The notes below the pieces were generated by a model. The model was not told the DNA's origin and made no database searches. It saw only the letters and a list, made by a program, of their open reading frames with translations. Positions 42,024 through 53,798 of a stretch of DNA of 64,000 nucleotides are shown one piece after another. How positions within the stretch are numbered: the first letter of the stretch is position 1; every line of letters starts with the position of its first letter. The stretch covers positions 6,807,731 to 6,871,730 of the forward strand of contig OZ199838.1 in assembly GCA_964304625.1 (NCBI GenBank). The letters run 5' to 3'. The position numbers and the translations under genes were made by a program. Origin of the DNA: Kudoa neothunni. Taxonomy: Eukaryota > Animalia > Cnidaria.

Positions 42024-44250
42024 ATGTTGCAGTATCTAAAAAAATCATCAACTTTACCCGAACAAACCAAATGTACATTAATTTATACTGATTTCTAATG
42101 TGTAAAATGTAAAATAGATGTTCCAAAAAGGCCGCGAGTGGTGGAGAAAATCGATATGTCTAATCAATCCAAAGGAGCACGTCCCACGGGCCCAAATGTG
42201 TTTCTCAATAAAATATCTGTTAGCTCCGGTCACACCAACAACGAACTCTATACGCTTTCTCTAAAACAAATTCTCTCGAATAGCGATGGCTGCCTAAAGG
42301 AATCTTATCATGTAACGACATAATAAATTATTTTTCTATAATGATGAAGTTTAATTTTATGGTTGACTTCAAATGGCTCATCGACCAATACCCTAAAAGG
42401 AATGATGGCAAACCGACGTACGGTTAAGTTGAGATTGGTTGGACTTCCGTTTATTTCTGTTTCAATCAAAGATTAGGGAAAATAACCTTAATTCAAGGGG
42501 AAAATGAATATGCTCGATTTGATAGTTCAGCATACCCCGATGTTAACCTCATAAAAGTAATTACAGACTTCTAAGGATAGAGTATAAGAATTTTTCATTT
42601 TTGGATCTCCAATTAGATACCATTAACTATACCTTTTGGATGTCATCATAGGTATAAGCAATAGTAATTTGATGATTCTATTTTAATTATTATCGTCCAG
42701 TAAAATGTCTATTCTTTTCTACGATAATTTCGTAAAAATCGTCATACTAACAGCAAACCTCATACCAGAAGATTGGAACCTCAAAACCCAAATGTAAATC
42801 CAATTATCATAATTACTTCACAATATGGCTTGATGTTAACTGTTGGTGTCTGTCAGGATATGGATAAGTCCTAAATTTGAAAAAAAGGAAAAACCCCTCA
42901 ACTCTGAATTCTTCTCACAACTTAAAGTGAAATCTTTCGTTCTGTACAAGCTCACATCAATTTTAGACCTATTTGTCAGCCTATAAAAATAGAAACATAT
43001 CCATTGACCTTATTGATAAGTTATCATATTATGATATGGAAAATGTTAAGTGATTGAATTATGTACGTCTGATAATTTTACTGGTTCTAATTTGTAGTTG
43101 CGATTTGGTATTTTCTGTACCTGGATATCATAAAAATAATGACATGAACAAATACGGAATTGGACGTGTTTGTCAGGTTTCTATCTATACACAAAGAAAT
43201 TTTAATGATATTCATAGTTGATTAAAATGACCGACTGTAGTGCTATCGACAAAACCAACCAGACTCTAATTCTTCAATGCTCCAGTATTGGAACCCTTGG
43301 AAAAGAAGAGAATAGTTTCATACATGATTTGTCTACTGCATTTTTAAATGTAAAAAAACAGGCAAACCCCAACAATCTAGCATTTGTAATATATAAATGA
43401 TTTGTTATCGTTGTTTATGGCTTTAACATAGGTGTATCCCTGTGTTAATACAGTGCGTAATAGTTTCGAAGGATATATGGGTAATATGTTTGTAATGGCA
43501 AATTCTGATTGATATTAAGGTGGGTCCTGTCTTCCGTATAATTCAAAAGTCAATACCAAGCAACTTTATCTCAGCAAATACTTTAAGTTATTACATTGAT
43601 AAACTTCCTATTACCATCAAATTGTTTTTGATAGTGATTGGAAATCAGATATGAATCTACGCTCAAGAGCATGCCCCCATGTCAAAACCTATTTCGTCTA
43701 TGAAACAAACACTATGAAAATACCTTGGTTCTTAGTCACCAGGTTGGGTTATATTTGACTCCAATAAAGTCAAGTTTTGCTTTTTAGTGCCAACGTGTCT
43801 AAGGCTGCTTGGGGATGCTATCAAAAATCCAACACTCAAATATGCATAAGATCTTTTGAGATTGGAGTTTTCTTTAGAGCTTCAAATTTTGACGTAATTT
43901 TCTCGTCAGAGATTAATAAGCGTTCTATCGTTGATGACACTTACTGTTACTTATTGTATTTAGGAATGTAAATATTTTCTCCCAGATTATCTAACCAGTT
44001 GTGTGCCCGGTATATTTTTTCAATTCTTAGTTTCATTATGATTACGTAGATGACTGTAACATTCCTCGAGTGTTGCTTCCGTTTGATATTCCCACGACCA
44101 AATTCAGTTCAACCGGTATTGTTTTGTAACTTTGATATCTATCTGAGGAGTGTTTTAGATTCTCCTTTCTTATCCGATGCTACTTACAACGAAAGTGATG
44201 AGTTTGGAAACGTGTTGGTTAACGGATTTGTCCAAGCCTGCAATAAATAA
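42024..44250 (+). CDS. TDP1: Tyrosyl-DNA phosphodiesterase 1, 17 exons (possible earlier start at 41942)
   Basis: FNFMVDFKWL, FGCHHSKM, TANLIPEDWNLKTQ, SVPGYH, QCSSIGTLG, VYPCVNTVRNSFEGYMGG, RACPHVKTY, TSANVSKAAWG and IRSFEIGV. Both catalytic HxK motifs are intact. Confidence 0.93.
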
Positions 44251-44648
44251 TTTACTTTATTATATTTGTTTGAATCCTCATTGTAGAATACGATACAGTA
44301 TTTGTGTTTATTTTACTGTTTAATACACCAAACTGACTATTTTTTCGATAACTTTGATGAATAAAGATGTTTCAAATTGTTATAAGGATCAAATTTATCA
44401 TATTAAATTCTATAAAGCGAAACGTTTTTAAATTATCTTTCATATTTAATAAAGTGGATTTTGAGTGAGCGGTTTGGTCAGCATTCGTCTGAATGCTACC
44501 TTGAAGCTATCGCATAAAAACAGTAAAACAATCATCCAATCACTCTACATATACAAATTATGTAAATATGCATCGATTTTACCGGATTGAACTGAAATTT
44601 TGTCATTATAGCCCTAGTCTGATAGCACAAGGGTTTGGTTTTCTCTAA

Positions 44649-45122
44649 TTTTTTTTGTTTACAAGGTAAACCCCTGGCCTCGCGCAATTTATTAGGTTGT
44701 GGAATTATAGCTGGTTAGACTACGACTACCCCCATTAACGCTGTAGGCACCGCAGAACGAGTTACATCTACCTCTCACCCCTTATTTTTCTACGGTAATG
44801 TGGGAGTTTAACCCGGTTAACATCCTCGTTTCGGGGCAACCACTCCCCCAAACCCTATCTACAAGGACTTTAGCCCTACAGAGATTTCCAATCTGTCAAT
44901 GCATCGCCGAAGATTCAAACATCTAAGTCAACCTCACCTGCTAGATCGAACTATAACTGCAGGTGAAATTACATTTATAATGCGATAGCTCTCTAACAAC
45001 AGCTTCCATTAGGGGATAGGTACACATTCATGCGGAAACAATAAACTGATCAGTAGCGGGAATCGAACCTAGTATCTCCGGGTATTAAGTCCAGTTATCA
45101 CACCATTAGGCTATCTGTCCTC
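44649..45122 (-). mobile_element. Full-length tRNA-derived SINE
   Basis: The minus-strand head has an A box (TAGCCTAATGG) and a B box (GGTTCGATTCC), then an about 400-nt body and an A-tail. 18-bp flanking direct repeats gggtttggttttctctaa / ggctttggcttcttctaa (14/18). A second copy lies at 16483. Confidence 0.8.
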
Positions 45123-45142
45123 GGCTTTGGCTTCTTCTAAGG

Positions 45143-45495
45143 CAGGGGTTCTCAGCCAGGAGTAAATTTTAAATGATAGGAGGTAAATTAAGTGACATCA
45201 AAATTGGGGTGGGAAATTATTGCATAATGCGAAAAAATACCTAGTTAAGAATTTCGAAGTAGTTATATTATTCAGGGATATTAAACTCAATTAAGAAGTC
45301 AGTAAAAGTGCTTAAAATGTTTTAGGAACAAATATTTAACAACAATTTATAAACCTATTATCAGTCTCTTTTATTCCTCATTTATCTTTTAGGGGTATAG
45401 TCTAATAATACTTAAATAGGTATACAACCTTAACTAAATCTGAATTCACCTTCAAAATTAAGGAGTAAATATAAACAAGCGGTTGAGGACTCCTG
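45143..45495. mobile_element. hAT MITE, shorter member of the 12003 family
   Basis: CAGGGGTTCTCAGCC ... GGTTGAGGACTCCTG, with internal blocks matching 12003-12623. The TSD is degenerate. Confidence 0.75.
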
Positions 45496-45959
45496 GCTTA
45501 AGCCATTCATAGCATAACTATTTATATATTGTCTATGTTGTGCCTTCAAAATATTCGATAAAATAAAGCTCAATGATAAATTAAAACCCCTACTAAAGTT
45601 TTTTTAATAATCATTAAATATTTATTCCATTCTAATTGATCATCTCAGAGGAAAAAACATCTAAAACTTCAGGTTTTAATTACGTTCTTTCGTAGTTTAA
45701 CTTAATATACTTTGAAGTAGTAATAAAAAATGGCACTCATACTTTCCCAGCCACAGGAGTCCATACAAAATGAGCCTATCCAAATCTATTATTTAACCAA
45801 CCCCACGAAAATATTCAGTCTATTTGGAGTTTGAAACGACGCAGACCAATCAAAGATACGGTGGTGATAAATTATAACAACGGTTAGGAATAATAGAGGT
45901 ATGTTCTAATTGACCACGAAAAATATACATAAAATGGTGGTAAAAAATTTAATTCATTA

Positions 45960-48900
45960 TTATGGTCGAAGACCAGTAACCAATGCACATAATTGTTCAA
46001 TTGAGGGAAGCTTAGTTTGTGTGATAAAATTTCTCGTTGCTGTGTTTGGACAAGAAACTTTGTGTTCGGTCATTTCTATGCTAAGTTCGTCGATAAGATC
46101 GTGCACTTTTTTCATTACTAAAACGCCGAATAGTACACCGAATATACACTTGGTGGAGTTTACTGTTGAAAAGTGAAACTGATTCTTTTATTCCACGAGA
46201 CGAAGCAACTTCGACTATATTTTTTATTCCATGTAGCAAACAGCGTAATTTATAGTAGCTATAAAGTGGAATGTGATTCACGAAATAAAGCGAAACGAAA
46301 CATACGTGTTCATCATTTGTTTGGGATGGCCCACCGAAGACATGGTGATACCATTGAATTGAGCCAATCGATGGGCTCTTTCGGCAAGTAAAGATTGTTC
46401 AATCAATTTTAGACGTCTCATCACAAAGTCAGTTTTAAAATTACGATTCCCCTCATCTGAAAATCAATATCCATTTAAGTGAATTTCGAAAAAATCCAAT
46501 AATAGTAGTATTAGTAGTAGTAGATATATAGAAATTACGATGTCTAAAGGGCTTGTTAAGAGCGTCCAACCTTGGATCATCAAAAATTTCGGCTAGCTTT
46601 CCAAAACCATGAATTGCTGTGCCCAGGATCAGCCACATATCATGAAAACGCCACCAGATATTATGGTTTTTCTGAGATTCCTCAGCGTTCCACACAAAGT
46701 GAATATCAGTGTTGTGGCAGTCCTCGATATTGAAATAGAATTCATATCCCAAGTCATCGAGATCGTTAATGTCAGAGGGATAAAGGTAGTCATGACTGGA
46801 ACGAGAGAGGTCGAAAACTTCGAGTCGATGATTGGCATCTCTTCTTCTAAGTCTTACACTGGATGGAAATGGTAACGCGAGTTTATCAAATGGTACCAAA
46901 TCCTCCGAAACCAATATCGGATAGAGATAGGGCGAAAAACGCATATATTCAAACACTTTATCTCTTATTATATCCATGAGGGCGATTCGTTGGGTTATAT
47001 GGTCTTTATTGATATCTCTAAAGTCGTATTGTTCATTTTGAGAAAGAGTGAGAGTAGGTGGCATTCTAACGGCATCGCTTTTAGACAATGGAACCATAGA
47101 TTGTGTTCGTGAAAGATGTGCAGCATTTTGAAGTCGAATAGAATCAGGAGTGAACAAATATCCAATTAGAGCATGAATATATGCTCGAACAACGCCTTCA
47201 GGTCTAGTTTTCAATCCAGTGGGGCACCTATTAGCAACGCATTTTACATAAGAATAAATAAACAAATTTTGGCTGGTTTATTGTTAATAAATTAATTAAA
47301 GCTTATCCATCTAATCAAAATAATTTATGACAGGTAATACACGTACCATCGAGTTTTCATCTCCTTATAATCGGCAGGTGGTAGACCGTGTCGAAAAATG
47401 GCCATATTGATTAATCTAATAGTTCTAGGACTAATATCTCGCCAGCTTGTTTCATTAAATTTGGTCGAAATCATGCTACTATTGCGAGCGGCAGAGGGAT
47501 GCTGTGCAAATTGACTTAATACGCCTGCTGACTGGGCAGTAGGATGTAGGAATTTCCCAAATTTGTAAGGATCTCTCCCTTCCAACACTTTCTGAAGATA
47601 CGGTGTAGGAGGCACATAGGTCGCTTCAACAACGTCGTCAACCATCTCTTCATCTGCGTCTGAGCTCGCCTCCGCATCAGATTCCAAACTGAAATCTGAA
47701 TCGGCAACTAAATACAGCACATTATGAGCGATGGTTCCGAAACGATAGTCAAATATTAGTAGATTGTTACTTGTCGAGTCTTTTACGTCAACATCATAAT
47801 ATGTGATTCTCTTTCTAACGCGCTTTCCCTTTCCGAATTGTGAAGTGACATCATTGGTATTCTGAGGAATAACATGACCGATTAACTTGACCCAATATTC
47901 TGGATCATTTTTTTGGAGGGTTTGATCGAATTCGCTAACAGCGTTCTCAACGTCTTCCTTTTCTTCTACTTGCGTAGTAGCGTAATCTGCAACCTAAAAT
48001 ATTTGTTTGTTTCATTTAAGTCGCTATTATGCAAATAAAAATTTCGCGCCAATTTCTATTTTTCACAACTAAAGCACCATCGAATTTTGTATTAATACTT
48101 AATATAAAAGTCACCAACATAGGTAAAAATTTAATATATTTGAAACCTGTTATAACGGCGATAGGATTACAATAAATGCAGATCACATGGATTAAAACTA
48201 TTTACTTTCTACTGCAGTGATTCGCACATCCCTGGGGGTCCGCGAAAATCGCCAAGGAGATCCGTTGCACCGGAGAATATAGAACTAATAATAGGTATCT
48301 GTTTACACATTCATGTTGGCTACAGCCTCGGCGATGTCGAATAAATTTTAGGAATAATATATTTTTGTTTTTTGTATATATACGAGGATTCGCCCATTCC
48401 AAAAAGGTTGGAAACCATTGTTATAATGCATGTGGGCGCGAAGTTAAATTATGGGCTCCAAAAGTGATGAGGATGGTCTACTTTTAAGAAAATTTTTACT
48501 ATTCCTGGCTAGTAATTTTATTTTAAAGTGATCTACATGTCGGCTAACATGATCGAATTTTAGTTTTTTAAAATTATTTAAAGATTATTTGTTTGCCTTC
48601 TTGTAATTAATTTATTTTCGAAATCGGATTATTCAAAAAACACCATATTAAAAAAGCCATACAGCTAACCCAAATCAAAACCGCGCACTAAGCATATAAA
48701 TCAATATGATTCACATCTAAATTTTTGTCGTTAAATGTGGGTTAAAATAATATTGTAAGCTAATCTTTATGGAAAAGTCACGAATGATCGTATTCTATTG
48801 TACGGGCACAAATAAAGCAGCCGTATTTTAGCTTAATTTTTTACTAACTCTCAAATTGTAGTTTTACTGAGTACATCGTTAATTTTTTATTATATTTACT

Positions 48901-51900
48901 TACAAAAACGAATTATCAAAAATATTTCTTTCTCCTATAACAAATTTTAGACTTAACCGTAAACCATTAATAAGATATACTTTTTGAATAATGAAGAATT
49001 TACTGATATTAAAAATATTGATTAATATGATATATTTCTCTCTCCCTACAAATTTCATCTCCAATAACATAAAGATAACTTAATGAAGACCAAATTTTAT
49101 GAACAATATCTTGATTTTTCGAATAAAATAAGATTTATCATAATAAATTTAATATCATTTTAGTCAAAATCAATATCCATCAAAATTTTCACTTCATTCA
49201 AATATTAGATCATGGATTCAAAGATATGTTGTAAATAGCTAATATTAGATTTTTCCAAATAATTAAGACGATACTTAATCCAATCCTTACGTAATTAAAA
49301 TCCCCAGTCTGCGAATGCACGAAACCTGGTTTCATAGAAAACACGTAATATAACTTATATTACTGATATTAATTTGAAAAAAGGTGATATCTAAGCAACC
49401 ACAATTCAAGCAAACTATTGGCCCTAAGAAATTTAATCCCTCGTTTGTAGTTTAAGCTTTAGTACAATTATTCTATTCGCTTTAAAGAATAGTAACAAAT
49501 AAGAAAAATGAATTATGGCAGTTTCTAAAATAAATTTTTACTTTTAACCTAAAAATATGCGCACCTAATATTGGAATAGAAATAGCGTATTCGTAATGAA
49601 AAATAAATAAACTAAAATTTTTTAGGACCAATTAAAAATGCCTTTTTAACATTACCAATGTCAGGAAATATTCTCCGTGAGTATGTTTAACTAGCCAATT
49701 GATTAAATAACAACACATGTGACGCTAATTACTACCATCATGAACTTTATTTCATGCGGTCCATGATAAGCGAATCTCAATTTAGCACACGAAACGGACC
49801 AGTACGTAAATCAACACATATGCAGATATGCAGGTACGTTATCAAGTGCACTTAAGAAATTTTTCGCTCAACGCAAAAACGCGCAAATCAGATATATGTA
49901 CCTTGAACGATTCGAAGTAGCTGTTTAAAACAGAATTGTTTTCAGCGCCATCATCGATTGGTTGTTCTTTGTCACGGTCAAGTAGATCTTCGATGGCTTT
50001 TTCGTCATAGACAATTTTAAGGGAATCACTGTTGGAAGAATCTTCTTTGAAAAGATCATCCGTACCAAACTTGAGAATATCATCAAGTTCGCGTTTCGTC
50101 ATACCAACCGACTTATCACCAAGTCCGCCCGATCTAACCACAAGATGGGTGAGCATCATTTTTCTTTTTGCCACTTGAATGATGCGTTCTTCCACAGAGT
50201 TTCTGGTGACAAAACGGAAGATCATAACCTTTGAGCGTTGTCCAATACGATGAGCGCGAGAGAACGCTTGGATATCATTGTGTGGATTCCAATCGGAGTC
50301 AAATATGAACACAGTGTCTGCAGTGGCTAGGTTGATACCAAAACCACCGGCTCGAGTGGATAGCAGAAAACAGAAGCTATTGGAATCGGGTGCATTGAAA
50401 GCATCGATAGATTGTTGACGTTTGATTGTATTTACAGTACCATCGATTCGCTCATAGTTCCAATTGTGATAATCAAGAAAATCCTCCAATAAATCAAGCA
50501 TTTTGGTCATTTGTGAGAAGATGAGCACACGATGATTGGTTTTTTTGAGTTTGGTGAGCATTTTCTGAAGAACAATCAGTTTGCCAGACGCATCAATGAA
50601 TGTGTCAGCATCCAGATCGCCATGTTCATCTCGCTTGGCTTCTTCGAAGGCCGAAGTGAAAAGATAGGGATGGTTGCAACATTTTTTCAACTCCATCACC
50701 ACATTCATAAGCGATGACGAAGAGCTGCTTTTAGATGCAAATTTGCTGTAATTTTTTGTGAGAACGGCTTTGTAGTAGGATTTCTGGAGTGGACTCATAT
50801 CCACACGAATAATACTTTCACTTTTTGTGGGCAGATCTTTTAGCACATCAGCTTTCAGTCTACGTAACAATCTTGGTCCTAATATTTCTCTAAGCTGTGC
50901 AATCTGATCTTCCTTTGAGATATCTTCAAATCGTGCCAAAAATGATTCCTTATCTTCAATATCCTTTGGAGACAGGAACAACAGCAAGTGATACAACTCT
51001 TCAAGTGTGTTCTGTAGTGGGGTTCCAGTTAACAACAGCTTATAGCTTATTCTGTATCGAGAGAGATATTTGAAGTATTTGGATTGAGAATTTTTAAGTC
51101 GGTGTGCCTCGTCCACCACCAACACACTCCAAGAAATGCCACCCAATATTGATGAATCTACATACACCATCTCAAACGAAGTCAACAAAACGTGAAACCG
51201 ATATTTGGGATTGGATAGGGGCTTTTGATCGCCAAATTCATGGAGAAATTCAAAATCATATATAACGCCACGATTATCTCTGCCGCCAGTGTAGGTGACA
51301 ACATGAAGATCTGGTGCCCAAGTTGCAAACTCACGCTCCCAATTGGGAACTGTTGACAACGGTGCTGACACTAAAAATGGTCCCACACTTTTACCCTCCT
51401 TGTACAGCGAGTACAAAAAGATGATAGTCTGAATTGTTTTACCGAGACCCATCTCATCAGCCAAAATACAATTCACATCAGAGTGCCACGAATAACGCAA
51501 CCAATTCACCCCATGAATCTGATAGGTTTGAAGTTTGTAATCCTTGGGTAGAAATGGTGGTTGTTGGGTGTAAGCAACATAATCAGGTGTAGGACGAATA
51601 AGTCTATTTTTTCGTTTCTTGATCTCCCTTTTATGTTTTGAGTAACGTTTCATCGCATCATGTATACTTTCCGGAATAGCATCGAAATAGGGAGCATCCT
51701 TGTATTCCCAAGTACACTTCTCATACGGTAATTCAGACCATTTGATAAGGTATTTCATACGTCCTTTCTTCTCTCTAAATCATCCGCATCAACATAATTC
51801 GACTAATCGATGGATTACTTTTCATTAACTATCCTATCGACTTCCAACCACACAGGTTTGATCCCAAACCGATAATAACGATCTTCCAAGTTGCAATCCG

Positions 51901-53798
51901 AATAGTCAATGGATTCGTCAGGTTTCCAATATTCTTCCACTGGATTATACCCCTCCTCCAATTCGGGCTCTTCGTCAAGAGGATTCCTCTTCCTGTATCC
52001 ACCGTAGAGTGTGGCATGGAAATATTTGATATAGGTTTCGGGGATCCATCGACATCTCCAATAGCATTCCATGTGAAACTTAACAAAAAACGAGCGCGTC
52101 TTATATGGTCTATCGATAGCACCTTGATTGAGTTGTTTTTCGGTTGGATGACATTTCACAAATCTCCAATGAAGAATTGTTTCGATTGGTCGTGTATAAC
52201 GTTTGGTCTCGCAAATAAAACAATACCAACTACCGATGGGAGCAGATTTAAATGGAGGCAGCATACATCCAGGATGGAAACTGGATTTACAACGAGGACA
52301 TTCTATTAGGCCGTGTTCATGTGGTTCTCTACACACCTTGCATGTTTTTTTAATTCTTGGTTTATTTTTCTTGAGATCATCATCTTTGTCGTCGGATTTG
52401 TCATCGGGGCTAGCGCTAAAATCATCCGATTCCAACACAAATGAAGCGACAGAAGAATCATCAGATGACCCGGCTGACGATCCACTTGACGCATCGGATT
52501 CTGAACCCGACATGTCACTGTCGCGTCCCTCATCGATATAATCATCTGATTCTCTTTTGTTGTCAATAAAATAGATTTTTCTTGATTTTGTTCTGGATGG
52601 ATTACGTCTCGAAGGATTCTCCCTTTCATTATTGTTAATGGTCTTCGCATTCTTGGCGCTGACGGAAGGTTTGATTTTTTTATTTTTGGTGCACCCATCA
52701 CAAAACCATTTTGTTTTCTGTTTTTTAGCAGGTGGTGAATCGAGACATTTCCTGTGGAACAACCGTTTGCAACCATTACATTTTAATAGGTATCCACTCT
52801 TGTGGCAAATATCACATTTTGTTTTGTTGCTATCTTCCGACTCACCGCCACTCTTGCTATGATCAGAGTTCGTAGATGAGTTGAACTTGGAAGCTTTACG
52901 TTTCCTAGTGTTTTTCGACTTGAACCGGCCCCCTTCTTTCACAGTAGATGAGGTGGTGGGTTTCGGTTTTTTCCTAGGCGATTTTCTCACAGCAATTGGA
53001 ATTGATGAGTCATCGTTTAATTCAATAGCACTAATGCTATGTTCATGTGAAGAAAGAGGCTCATCGGCGGCCGTAAGGTTGTTTGAGGAGTTATCTTTGG
53101 AATGCATCGCCAAATCTGTTAACTGAACCGATATTTGAGGGAGTTTTATCTAGTTTAAAAAACGAAAATTAGAACAATTTCCAGCCGAAATTAAACAAAA
53201 TTACCAAATCAATATAATCCCCAGTTTGCTCACTTTCTGGTGAACTGAACGTTACCTTGCCAACTGTCTATTTTTTAACGTTAAATCAATATCTCAATAA
53301 AGAACTAAAATTCGGCGATACTACGAAAACTATCGATTAATATGGTATTCATCTGTTTTGAAATAATAAATTTAATGTCAACATGAAAAAAAATTAAAAT
53401 ATCGATTCTAAACATCGATATACGTTACATTGGTAAAATCGCATTCAAACGTTAATCTTAAATTTTTTTGGATATTAAACTAATTAATATGTGGATTGAA
53501 GGTAACAAATGTAAAAAAACATTAATATCACCCGCATTATTACCTGATAATATTCTTTTCGTTCACGATAATAATTCCAAAAAATTATAGATATGTGTGC
53601 CAAATCAACAGATTTAATCGACTTATTCCAGTGTTTGCTGTCGTTAGTCAAATATCTTCGAACCTCATCGAGCGATGAAAAATCCCTGTTCTTCACATCA
53701 AATGTTGATTTTGGTGCTTGATACTTTTCTATATAGTCGCCAATCACCTTTAAATAGTAGGATTCGTCAAATCGTTTAATCTTTTTCTCCATTACCAT
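45960..53798 (-). CDS. Mi-2/CHD3-4-5 family chromodomain helicase
   Basis: Two PHD fingers, two chromodomains (FFVKF...[17 protein letters not shown]), a SNF2 ATPase ([40 protein letters not shown]), DPEYW...GKGKRVRK, and C-terminal [10 protein letters not shown]...HGFG...[10 protein letters not shown]. Junctions are in phase; there is a 1.9-kb intron at about 47995-49902. The first and last exons are less certain. Confidence 0.93.
48215..48420. mobile_element. Degenerate hAT-like MITE in the CHD long intron
   Basis: CAGTGATTCGCA...GGGGTCCGCGAAA at the left end and AAAAGGTTGGAAACCATTG at the right end resemble Charlie-type termini. Confidence 0.4.

Noticed and set aside
45050-45122. Functional tRNA gene
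   Set aside because: The acceptor and anticodon stems pair poorly, and it is attached to a repeated body with an A-tail and TSD, so it is a SINE head.
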